Assembly: GCA_041736175.1 (NCBI GenBank)
Contig: JBGSUI010000014.1
Span: forward strand, 1 to 64,000
Direction of reading: 5' to 3'
DNA length: 64,000 bases
Source of the DNA: Oligoflexales bacterium
GTDB taxonomy: Bacteria > Bdellovibrionota_B > Oligoflexia > Oligoflexales > CAIYRB01
Part shown: piece after piece, positions 9,131-17,385 of the stretch
Numbering within the stretch: the first letter of the stretch is position 1
How the letters are laid out: each line of letters opens with the position of its first letter
Position numbers and translations under genes: made by a program
The notes under the pieces: model-generated
The model's input: the letters and a program-made list of their open reading frames with translations, nothing else
What the model was told of the DNA's origin: nothing
Database searches by the model: none

Positions 9131-9867
9131 GCTTTAGATGATTTTTCCAGGTTTATTGAGGTTTTTTCCGTGCTTCTGCTCAACAGGGCCGCTTCAAGAG
9201 TCTCCATAAATGGACGAAGCTCGGAAGGTCCCCTGCCTGTTATGATGGTGCCATCGGCAACGACGGGCAAATCGAGGTAGCTTGCGCCTGCATTTTCTAA
9301 GTCCTTGCGAATAGAAGCCGTCCCTGTCAGCTTGGTATTTTTAGCAAGTCCAGCGTCAATCAAAACCTGACTTCCGGAACAGATCGCCGTCACGAAGGCT
9401 TGGTTTTTAGAGTGATTCTGAATCAATTCAAGGGCTAATTTATCCTTCCGAAGGGTGTTGCTGTTGGTGGATCCCCCCGTTATCAGGATCAAGTAATATT
9501 GGTTCCCAGCGGCAGTTGCAAAATTTTTGGACGCTAGCACCCACTGCGTTGGTTTTACAAAGCGCACTGCGAGGACGCGACCCTCCGACCACTCAGGCGC
9601 GACGATATCCACCTGTGCTCCTCGTCGCTTCAAGTATTCATAAGGATAACTCAGTTCCTCTTCCTGAACGCCATGGGATGCAAGAATCGCTATTTTCTGT
9701 CCGGCGAGTGAACTTGGATCACGGACAGGGGGCTGGGTGGTATCGTAAACAAATCCACCAGGTACTTGGTGGTCCTCGACAGGACTAAAAATATCAGCCT
9801 GGGCCTGGGTTGTTGCGGTGATAAAGGCCGCAAATAACGCTAAAAATTTGGGTTGTAAAAAACGCAT
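8884..9867 (-). CDS. Secreted DJ-1/PfpI family protein with C-terminal six-cysteine tail
   Basis: Signal peptide ending AQA-D; IAIL..HGVQEEEL, ITGG, AICSG nucleophile, VVADG.IITGRGP; tail C-x4-C-x19-C-x10-CC-x-C. Confidence 0.88.
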   Translation of the reverse strand: MRFLQPKFLALFAAFITATTQAQADIFSPVEDHQVPGGFVYDTTQPPVRDPSSLAGQKIAILASHGVQEEELSYPYEYLKRRGAQVDIVAPEWSEGRVLAVRFVKPTQWVLASKNFATAAGNQYYLILITGGSTNSNTLRKDKLALELIQNHSKNQAFVTAICSGSQVLIDAGLAKNTKLTGTASIRKDLENAGASYLDLPVVADGTIITGRGPSELRPFMETLEAALLSRSTEKTSINLEKSSKAYSALLAAAHEDDLIMTGPGTHIIRRPDNSPVPPSPRRVLDCSTMVCESKGGPGFYRSVSSGRVGTCYGGPGNYPYPCCTCD

Positions 9868-10030
9868 AAATCCTTCCTGTATGAAACGTTGTGTAAGATT
9901 CAAGAGTTGGTTTTTGGTGTCGGCGACTTCCAACGAAGATAAATCTATCGTTCCTTGTTAAAATTTCAAAATTATCATTTTTGATTAAATCAATAAAATT
10001 TTCTTATACTTGATGTCGTTCCTTTTGGGG

Positions 10031-10061
10031 TACCGCCAGTGTGAGGAGTGTTTCCAAAAGA
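10031..10061 (+). repeat. 31-bp direct repeat A, copy 2 (intergenic relic of the helicase 3' end)
   Basis: Identical to 6801-6831; followed by a G8 run. Confidence 0.95.
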
Positions 10062-10285
10062 GGGGGGGGCGAGAAAGTGACATTCGTTGATGATTGGTAG
10101 ACATTTGTTAATTGTTTGGGCAAATCAAGCGGTCTAACATCGTTCATTTAAGAGCAATCAAAATAGGTAAAGTATCAGGGATAAACCTGGCAAATTATGT
10201 TGGACCGATTTTTGCTGAGAAACTGATGTTGGTTGTTACATTGAATGACCATCGATCTAAACGACCTATAAAAAAGTAGGACATT

Positions 10286-11323
10286 ATGAAAAAGAAAATT
10301 TTAGGGATAATTTTTACGGTCGCATTTTCCAGTTTAACTGGATGCAGAAGCCGTCCAGAGGGTTCGGAAGTGGCCAGCGCCACGGACTTTATGGACTGTA
10401 GAGGCACTCCAGGAACGAGTCTCATAGGCGCAGATCTGCGGGGCGACAAATTCCGCACTTTAAGCAGTCTTCTCTGTGCGAATCTTGAAAGTGCGAATCT
10501 TGAGAATACCGACCTGAAAGAAGTCGACCTTCGGGGGGCTAATCTTAGCAATGCCAAACTGATGGGTGTTGACCTCCGGGGTGCCAAACTTAAGGGTGTC
10601 AAGTGGGAGGGTGCCGATCTTCGGAACACCAAGTTTGACTTAGAAGTTTTTAAGGGTATCGATCTTTCGAAAACTAAATTCGAGGGTACTAATCTTGAGG
10701 GCGTAAATTTTGAGGGCACTATTTTGAGCCAAGCGAAGTTTGCAGGGGTCAACCTTAAAAAAGCTAACCTTTATAAAGCTAAAGCCATGGACGCCGACTT
10801 CGAAGGTGCTAACCTCGAAGGTTCCGACATCCGCGAAACAGAATTTCGGCACGCTAACCTCCAGAAGGCCCAGCTCAAGGGAGCTGTGACTAAAGGGGGG
10901 GTCTGGCATAACATTGATGGTCCCAATTTTACGGAGGCCAATCTTAAAGGTGCTGATCTTCCAGGCCTAGATCTAAGCCTCATGAAGGCCCATGACTCTA
11001 ACTTTGAAGGGGCTAATCTAGAGGGCGCCAACCTTCACGGCTTCATAGCTAGGGATGCCAACCTCAAGAAGGCTAACTTTAAAAAAGCGACCTTGCAATC
11101 GGCAACACTTGCCAACTCCGATTTAAGCGGTGCCGAGCTCGAGGGCGTAGATCTCAAGTATTCTAACCTTCAGGAAGTCGATTTGACTAACGCCAATCTC
11201 TCGAAAACGAACTTAAAAGGTGCCGATTTGACTAGAGCCAAACTCTGGAAAACGAACTTAAAAGATGCCGATTTGACAGAGGCCCAACTTGATTTCCTTT
11301 GGCAATTCAATGCTATTCGCTAG
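10286..11323 (+). CDS. Pentapeptide-repeat lipoprotein
   Basis: AGGA RBS, lipobox LTGC, then A[DN]Lxx pentapeptide repeats over nearly the whole length. Confidence 0.95.
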   Translation: MKKKILGIIFTVAFSSLTGCRSRPEGSEVASATDFMDCRGTPGTSLIGADLRGDKFRTLSSLLCANLESANLENTDLKEVDLRGANLSNAKLMGVDLRGAKLKGVKWEGADLRNTKFDLEVFKGIDLSKTKFEGTNLEGVNFEGTILSQAKFAGVNLKKANLYKAKAMDADFEGANLEGSDIRETEFRHANLQKAQLKGAVTKGGVWHNIDGPNFTEANLKGADLPGLDLSLMKAHDSNFEGANLEGANLHGFIARDANLKKANFKKATLQSATLANSDLSGAELEGVDLKYSNLQEVDLTNANLSKTNLKGADLTRAKLWKTNLKDADLTEAQLDFLWQFNAIR

Positions 11324-11345
11324 CACGAAAGCTTGTAAGACACCG

Positions 11346-11401
11346 TCTAGTAAACTAACAGAGGCGCCAGAAACTGCCCCGTCACACCCGGGCTAGCTCC
11401 C
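11346..11401 (-). repeat. Relic of the uvrA 3' end (two joined fragments)
   Basis: 11346-11387 equals 12491-12532 (42 bp, includes the uvrA stop). 11385-11401 equals 12780-12796 (17 bp). The two overlap at CAC. Confidence 0.92.
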
Positions 11402-11579
11402 AGGCAGGCAAGACGTTGGATATGGTGGAACAGCTCTGATCAAGATTGGGGATTCGAATTAAAAAATCAGAGCATGACTTTCTAAACGGATGCCAAGATT
11501 TTAACGAATACAATAAGTTACATTAAATATACCGATCTAAAGCTTTAAAAAAAGCTAAAGTTTTTCTATAGTTTACCGA

Positions 11580-11605
11580 TACACTAAATTAGTGTAGTCT
11601 ATAAT
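11580..11605 (+). promoter_or_regulatory. Palindromic operator and -10 box of the TA operon
   Basis: Perfect palindrome TACACTAA-A-TTAGTGTA (11580-11596) directly upstream of TATAAT (11600-11605) and a GAGGGG RBS. Confidence 0.65.
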
Positions 11606-11631
11606 TGTACCTTTCTTGAGGGGTAAACATT

Positions 11632-11853
11632 ATGAAGATCGAACTTAAAGACAACAGCCCGGAACTTAAAATGGTCAAGAGGCTTGAAAAGCTTGGTCTT
11701 GGCGGTCCTACCGATGTGGTCCGTGAGGCTATTAAACTCTTGTACGACAGCATCCGTATCCGCGAGCAAAAGCGGGTTGGTGAGTACCAGGCCAAGCTAT
11801 ACTCCGAAGAAACCGGTACCGAAACTGCCGTACTACAAGGATTTTCTGAATGA
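11632..11853 (+). CDS. Ribbon-helix-helix-type antitoxin
   Basis: 73 aa with TDVVREAIKLL helix; ATGA overlap with the downstream toxin. Confidence 0.7.
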   Translation: MKIELKDNSPELKMVKRLEKLGLGGPTDVVREAIKLLYDSIRIREQKRVGEYQAKLYSEETGTETAVLQGFSE

Positions 11854-12218
11854 ATTTTAAGACCTGGGAAGTCTGGTATGTGGATCAGGTCGCATCCCGA
11901 CACAAAAGCGACCCTCAGCAACCCAAAGATCCATCGGGTAAAACCCGCATGTATGTCATCATCTGTCCGAAAGCGCATCTTGATAGCGGTGGTTGGCCGG
12001 TCTGCATTCCTATTGGTACCAATTGCCGGTCCAAGATGTTTGATACTGAGATCAAGGGTGGAGAAGGCGGTGTTACCCATGACAGCTTTGCCTGGTGTAA
12101 TGAGATCTTCACCCTAGATCCAAGGTTCTTTAGGAACCGGATCGGGGTCCTCCCTGCTCACTGTATTACCGATATCAAAGACGGTATCCGCGACTTCCTG
12201 GAGCTTTTCGAACCGTGA
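11850..12218 (+). CDS. PemK/MazF family toxin (divergent)
   Basis: EVWYVD...GKTR..VI....V.IPI....GG...DS.A.C.EI.TLD..F..RIG.L pattern. Confidence 0.8.
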   Translation: MNFKTWEVWYVDQVASRHKSDPQQPKDPSGKTRMYVIICPKAHLDSGGWPVCIPIGTNCRSKMFDTEIKGGEGGVTHDSFAWCNEIFTLDPRFFRNRIGVLPAHCITDIKDGIRDFLELFEP

Positions 12219-12222
12219 GGCA

Positions 12223-12484
12223 CCATAATCGCAGAAATCAATCGCAGGTACAGCATGGGTAAGGATAGTTACCGGGTCCACCATAACAGGTGCCGACACG
12301 CCCAGAACTGACCGAGCGGTAAAAACCCGGTCCGCCTTTAGACTCACAGACCATTGTTGAGCAATCTAACACGCGTCTAGGACTAGGGGGAACAGGGGAA
12401 TTATCTGGTCGACGAATGATATGAGTTCCTGGTCCCGTCATAATCAAGTCATCTTCATGGGCGGCTGCAAGAACGGCAGAGTAA
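12223..12484 (-). repeat. Repeat B copy 2: orphan cysteine-rich tail (ORF 12238-12441/12447)
   Basis: Encodes the same MTGPG...PCCTCD peptide with no signal peptide or DJ-1 domain; begins 7 bp after the uvrA stop. Confidence 0.95.
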
Positions 12485-12491
12485 ACACCAT

Positions 12492-15400
12492 CTAGTAAAC
12501 TAACAGAGGCGCCAGAAACTGCCCCGTCACACTTGCCTTGACCTTAGCGATTTGCTCTGGAGTCCCCTGGGCGATCACCTCCCCGCCCCGGTGGCCCCCT
12601 TCGGGGCCCATGTCGATCACCCAATCTGAAGTCTTGATCACATCCAGATTGTGTTCGATGACGACGACGGTGTTACCAGCATCGAGGAGTCTAGACAAAA
12701 CTTCTAGGAGTTTACGTATATCTGCAAAATGCAGCCCTGTGGTGGGCTCGTCGAGGATGTAAAGGGTCCGCCCCGTATCCACCCGGGCTAGCTCCCGGGC
12801 CAGCTTGATCCGTTGGGCTTCGCCCCCAGATAGAGTGGTCGCAGGCTGTCCTAACTTGACGTAGGTGAGACCCACGTCGGCCAGGGTCTTTAGGATCTTT
12901 GTGACTTTAGGATGGTGTTTAAAAACCTCGCAGGCTTCGAGTACCGAGAGATCAAGAACGTCGGCGATGGAGTAGTCTTTGTATTTGATCTGGAGGGTGG
13001 ATTCGTTAAACCTCCTGCCGCGGCAAACTTCGCAGGGCACGAGGACGTCCGCTAAAAAATGCATCTCGACCTTGAGATAGCCATCTCCTTGGCAGGGTTC
13101 ACACCGGCCACCCTTGACGTTAAAGGAAAACCGTCCTTTGTCGTAGCCTCGGGATTTTGCTTCGGGGAGTTGTGCAAAGAAGTCGCGGATAAGATCAAAC
13201 ACCTTGGTATAGGTGGCGGGATTGCTGCGGGGTGTCCGACCGATCGGCCTCTGGTCGATATTGATCACTTTGTCGAGATTTTTAAGCCCTAGAATCTTTT
13301 TATGGACCCCGACCGTCTCGTCGCTGTCGTGGAGGAGTCGCGCCAATGCTGGATACAAAATCTGGTTTATAAGAGTGGACTTACCGGCACCAGAGACCCC
13401 TGTGACTGCCGTCATAACACCCAGCGGGAAAGAGACCGTCACGTTTTTAAGATTATTTTCCTGAGCCCCTTCGATCACTATCGATCCCTTGGCCTTGTCG
13501 ACGGCGCGGCGCTCTAATGGAACAGCAATGGCTTCGCGGCCAGACAGGTAAGCCCCGGTGAGGGAATGGGGGTCTTTTTTGATGTCCTCAGGAGTCCCTG
13601 CTGCTACGATACGGCCTCCCAGGAGGCCCGCCCCTGGGCCTATGTCCAGCACCCAATCCGCGGCACTGATGGTTTCTTCGTCATGCTCTACGACGATCAG
13701 AGTATTGCCGATATCCCGCAGATGGCGAAGGGTCTGGAGGAGTTTTTGGTTGTCCCGTTGATGCAGTCCGATGGAAGGCTCATCGAGTATGTAAAGGACT
13801 CCAGTCAGTTCTGAGCCAATCTGGGAAGCAAGGCGGATCCGCTGGGCTTCGCCCCCGGAGAGGGTGGGCCCTTTACGGTCCAGGGTTAAATAGTCAAGAC
13901 CCACGTTGACCAGAAACCCGAGGCGCGCGCGGATCTCCTTGCAGAGTTCTTTGGCGATCAGCTCCTGGGACTTGGTAAGCACTAGACCGTCGATAAACTC
14001 CTGGGCCTCGCCGATGGTGAGTTGGGTAAACTCGATAATGGACTTTTCCCTAGAGGTCTTTTTTGCGGTTTCTAGGCTCTTGTTGTCTCGGATCTTTACA
14101 TTGCTGCCGATTTTTACAGCCAGCACCGAGGGCTTAAGGCGCATTCCCCGGCAGCTATGACAGGGCTTGTTGGTCAAAAACTTTTGATACCAGGTCTTCA
14201 TGGTGTCTGACTGGGTTTCTTGGTAACGGCGCATCAGACCAGGAAGGATCCCTTCAAAGGTTACCTTAAAGGTCCCTGACCCCCGTTGGCCCTGCCAGCG
14301 GATCGTATGCTCTTCGTCACCGGTGCCGTAAAGCAAGATGTCCTTGTGTTTTTTAGGCAGTTTGCGCCAAGGTGCACCCAGGTCAATCTTATAAGCCTTT
14401 TGGATCGCCTTGAGCTTTTCGCCGCCCCACGACCCTTCGCGGACCTCGCCGGTATCGCCAATATAGGACTTCCAAGGCAAGATCGCTCCCTCTTCTATAG
14501 AGAGTTCGGGGTCAGGAATCACCTTGGTCTCATCCATAATCGAAAGGACCCCAAGGCCGTTGCAGGTCGGGCACATCCCAAGGGGGGCATTAAAGGAAAA
14601 GAGGGGTGGGTCGAGCTGGGGAAAGGATTGTCCACAACAACTGCGCTCTTCGCTCATCAGGAGATCTTCACGACCAACCACATGGACCACCAGCTGGGAC
14701 TGGCCTTTTTTAAGGGCCGCCTCGACCGAATCCGTAAGCCGCCCCTTAAACTCCGGCCCCTTGGCGATCACCAAACGGTCGATCACCGCTTCGATCGTAT
14801 GCTTTTTGTTTTTCGAAAGGGCGGTCACCTCAGCCAGATCGTGGATCACCCCGTCAAGGCGCACGCGGGCAAACCCTTCTTGGGTAAGCTCCTGAAAAAG
14901 CTCTCTTTGCTCCCCTTTTCTGTGGAGGAGGAGAGGAGCTAAGATCACGATCTTAGTCCCTTCAGGAAGCTGTAGGATCTGCTCCACCATGGAGGCCGCG
15001 TCACCACGACCTACGACCTTGCCGCATTGGGGACAATACTGGGTCCCCACCCTGGCAAAGAGAACCCGCAGATAGTCGTAGATCTCCGTGATAGTACCCA
15101 CGGTGGAACGGGGGTTTTTACTGGTGGCTTTTTGCTCGATGGCGATCGTGGGCGAGAGGCCGCGGATGGTTTCGAATTTGGGTTTTTCCATCTGTCCCAA
15201 AAACTGGCGGGCATAGGCGGAAAGGGACTCTATATAGCGACGTTGGCCCTCGGCATAGATGGTGTCAAAGGCTAGGGAGGATTTGCCGGAGCCGGAGACC
15301 CCGGTAAAAACAACCAGGCTTTTTTTGGGGATGTCCACGTCGATATTTTTGAGGTTGTGCTCACAGGCTCCTGTCACCAGGATCCTGTCGATTTCTTTGG

Positions 15401-15515
15401 AGCTCCCGGGGGAGCTCCCGGGGGGGCTCGCAGAGAGATGCCCTCGGGAGTCATGGGTGCCGCTAGTCCGTGAACTTTTTGTTTCAGCTGGGATTGGCTG
15501 TTTTCGATGGTCCAT
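12492..15515 (-). CDS. uvrA: Excinuclease ABC subunit A
   Basis: Two ABC cassettes (GVSGSGKSS, GVSGAGKST, LSGGEAQRI x2) and zinc fingers. Start uncertain. Confidence 0.98.
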   Translation of the reverse strand: MDHRKQPIPAETKSSRTSGTHDSRGHLSASPPGSSPGSSKEIDRILVTGACEHNLKNIDVDIPKKSLVVFTGVSGSGKSSLAFDTIYAEGQRRYIESLSAYARQFLGQMEKPKFETIRGLSPTIAIEQKATSKNPRSTVGTITEIYDYLRVLFARVGTQYCPQCGKVVGRGDAASMVEQILQLPEGTKIVILAPLLLHRKGEQRELFQELTQEGFARVRLDGVIHDLAEVTALSKNKKHTIEAVIDRLVIAKGPEFKGRLTDSVEAALKKGQSQLVVHVVGREDLLMSEERSCCGQSFPQLDPPLFSFNAPLGMCPTCNGLGVLSIMDETKVIPDPELSIEEGAILPWKSYIGDTGEVREGSWGGEKLKAIQKAYKIDLGAPWRKLPKKHKDILLYGTGDEEHTIRWQGQRGSGTFKVTFEGILPGLMRRYQETQSDTMKTWYQKFLTNKPCHSCRGMRLKPSVLAVKIGSNVKIRDNKSLETAKKTSREKSIIEFTQLTIGEAQEFIDGLVLTKSQELIAKELCKEIRARLGFLVNVGLDYLTLDRKGPTLSGGEAQRIRLASQIGSELTGVLYILDEPSIGLHQRDNQKLLQTLRHLRDIGNTLIVVEHDEETISAADWVLDIGPGAGLLGGRIVAAGTPEDIKKDPHSLTGAYLSGREAIAVPLERRAVDKAKGSIVIEGAQENNLKNVTVSFPLGVMTAVTGVSGAGKSTLINQILYPALARLLHDSDETVGVHKKILGLKNLDKVINIDQRPIGRTPRSNPATYTKVFDLIRDFFAQLPEAKSRGYDKGRFSFNVKGGRCEPCQGDGYLKVEMHFLADVLVPCEVCRGRRFNESTLQIKYKDYSIADVLDLSVLEACEVFKHHPKVTKILKTLADVGLTYVKLGQPATTLSGGEAQRIKLARELARVDTGRTLYILDEPTTGLHFADIRKLLEVLSRLLDAGNTVVVIEHNLDVIKTSDWVIDMGPEGGHRGGEVIAQGTPEQIAKVKASVTGQFLAPLLVY

Positions 15516-15661
15516 GGTATGTTGCGTTTCCTTTGGTGAGGCAAACCGCCAAGACAGGCGTCGAAGACCACTATGCAATGTACGCTAAGACGATCCAGAA
15601 TTGCCAGAAGGACTTTTTGCTCCGTTTGCGAACCACGACCTTGAAATTAGGGCTTAGATCC

Positions 15662-16252
15662 ATGCAGCTACCCACCTCTATCGATGCCGTCAAAAATCGT
15701 AAAACCCAAAAATACTTTGTCCTGGTGGATGACACCCTAGAGACTCGCTACAAAGTCATCAACCCTACTGGGGAAATCTTGATCCTTCCCGATCTCCTCT
15801 TCGAGGACGACCCCGTGACGGTCGCTTCAGATCTTTTCGACGATCATTTTACCCCAGCTCAGTTAGAGTCTTTACTAAAATACACCGAAAAAATGGCCAG
15901 CATCGACCAAGCTCCTAAACGCCCCCCGCCAGAGCCAAAACGAATCGTTGCTGAGCCCAAGTCAGAGCCACGAAAAAGATCCTCTGCACCGAAAAAGAAA
16001 CCCACCACACGGCGTGGGGTCGGAGCCTCCTGGTCAGCTCCTCGTTTGACCTTTTACCGCCACAAGATCGAGCCCCTCGACCTAACCCAGTCTTTTAGAG
16101 TAGAGGTCCAAGGCGTGGGTATCTTTGAGATAACCAAAGAGGATTTTCTAAGCAACTTTAACGATGCGGTCATGTCACCATCCTACCGCGCCGATGGCCT
16201 TCACGTTTACAAGGAACTGCCTGAGCGGGCCAAAAAATATTTGAAATCGTAA
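15662..16252 (+). CDS. Hypothetical protein (two domains with a Pro/Lys linker)
   Basis: Long ORF in apparent operon with greB. Confidence 0.75.
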   Translation: MQLPTSIDAVKNRKTQKYFVLVDDTLETRYKVINPTGEILILPDLLFEDDPVTVASDLFDDHFTPAQLESLLKYTEKMASIDQAPKRPPPEPKRIVAEPKSEPRKRSSAPKKKPTTRRGVGASWSAPRLTFYRHKIEPLDLTQSFRVEVQGVGIFEITKEDFLSNFNDAVMSPSYRADGLHVYKELPERAKKYLKS

Positions 16253-16265
16253 AAGCAAGGACGCT

Positions 16266-16775
16266 GTGAACCTAAAGCCACCTCCCCCCGTCAAAAAACG
16301 CCCCATGACCCGACAGGGGTTTCAGGCCCTGGCTAAGGAGCATGACGAGCTCATGCTGGTCGAAAGACCAAAGGTCCTTGCTGGGATCCAGACCGCCGCA
16401 GCAGAAGGTGACCGCTCGGAAAACGCGGAGTATATCTATGGCCGCAAACGTCTTAGAGAGCTGGATAAAAGACTGCGCTACCTGGGAAAGTTGCTCAAAG
16501 ATATCGCCCTTGTGGATCCTGAAAAAGTGGATAGCTCCAAAGTCTGTTTTGGTGCCACCGTGGAACTCCTAGACGAAGACGGTCGGGAGCGGATCTATAC
16601 CATCGTCGGTGAGGGTGAGGTCGATGTCGTCACCAACGGCATCTCTTACCTTTCGCCCATGGCCCGCGCCTTGATGGGCAAGGCCGCTGGGGATTTTGCG
16701 CTGGTCCACCGCCCCGCGGGGGATCTTGAGCTGGAAGTGATTTCCGTCTCCGGTCGACCCATCACGCTTAAGTAA
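16266..16775 (+). CDS. greB: Transcription elongation factor GreB
   Basis: AAAEGDRSENAEYIYGRKRLRELD, V.FGATV, IS..SPMARALMG. Confidence 0.93.
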   Translation: MNLKPPPPVKKRPMTRQGFQALAKEHDELMLVERPKVLAGIQTAAAEGDRSENAEYIYGRKRLRELDKRLRYLGKLLKDIALVDPEKVDSSKVCFGATVELLDEDGRERIYTIVGEGEVDVVTNGISYLSPMARALMGKAAGDFALVHRPAGDLELEVISVSGRPITLK

Positions 16776-16981
16776 TAAGCTTTTTGTACTAAAAATCCAG
16801 TATTATATAATTTATAATAAATAAAATTGTATTTAATTATTATTTATATTACAATCCACCAAGCCAAGGGACTCCTCTTGGCAAGCCCATCCTCTGCTAG
16901 GGCCTCGATCGACCCCTCAGACATTCCAAACCTCGACCACTGATTTTACCCACTCACCTTTTCATGGAGGGACTCACGCTT

Positions 16982-17291
16982 ATGTCCATAAAATCACTTA
17001 TAAAATCTTACTTACTGGGAGGATTCTTGCTGTTTGTCGTGACGGCCGCTTGCCAAACACCCCACCGTCGCCACCAATCTGACCTACAAGTGACCCGACT
17101 GGACGGGGCCTCAGGGAGACCGCCCTCCTCTTCCAGGACAACCACTCCTCCCCTGACCAGTCCAAATCCGCACTAAGACCATGCTCCTGAAGCTGTTTTC
17201 AGGAGTCGCTGGAGCCTTGACTGCCGATCCGGTAGAATCAATTTCGGTGAAAGCCTCCTCAGGCTCAGACTGGGGGGCGGAACAAGGGTGA
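16982..17291 (+). pseudogene. Short or frameshifted lipoprotein gene
   Basis: GGAGG RBS and lipobox TAAC. The ORF ends at 17176 in low-complexity sequence, while another frame continues to TGA near 17291. Confidence 0.4.
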
Positions 17292-17385
17292 TGGCCCTTT
17301 TTCAGATAAGACAATGTCTTTTCGCCAAGGTTTATCTTCTCCGTAATGGAAGCCTGGCTCAATTAAGAGTTGGGCTTTCCTTTTT

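Noticed and set aside
6801..10061. Repeat A as attL/attR of a prophage or integrative element
   Set aside because: No integrase or phage genes, and the distal copy lacks the remaining gene end. Retained only as a gene-end relic.
10195..11031. Antisense ORFs over the pentapeptide gene
   Set aside because: Shadow frames caused by repetitive codon structure.
10031..11401. Short repeats as a CRISPR array or spacers
   Set aside because: No regularly spaced repeat units and no cas genes; the matches are to adjacent chromosomal genes.
15399..15422. 12-bp tandem repeat GGAGCTCCCGGG x2 in the uvrA N-terminal extension
   Set aside because: In-frame low-complexity linker; no evidence for phase variation.
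12538..15588. Many alternative-frame ORFs overlapping uvrA (and likewise other core genes)
   Set aside because: They overlap confidently identified genes and show no recognisable motifs.
15516..15661. LexA/SOS box upstream of uvrA
   Set aside because: No recognisable known SOS consensus; the motif for this lineage cannot be inferred from one site.
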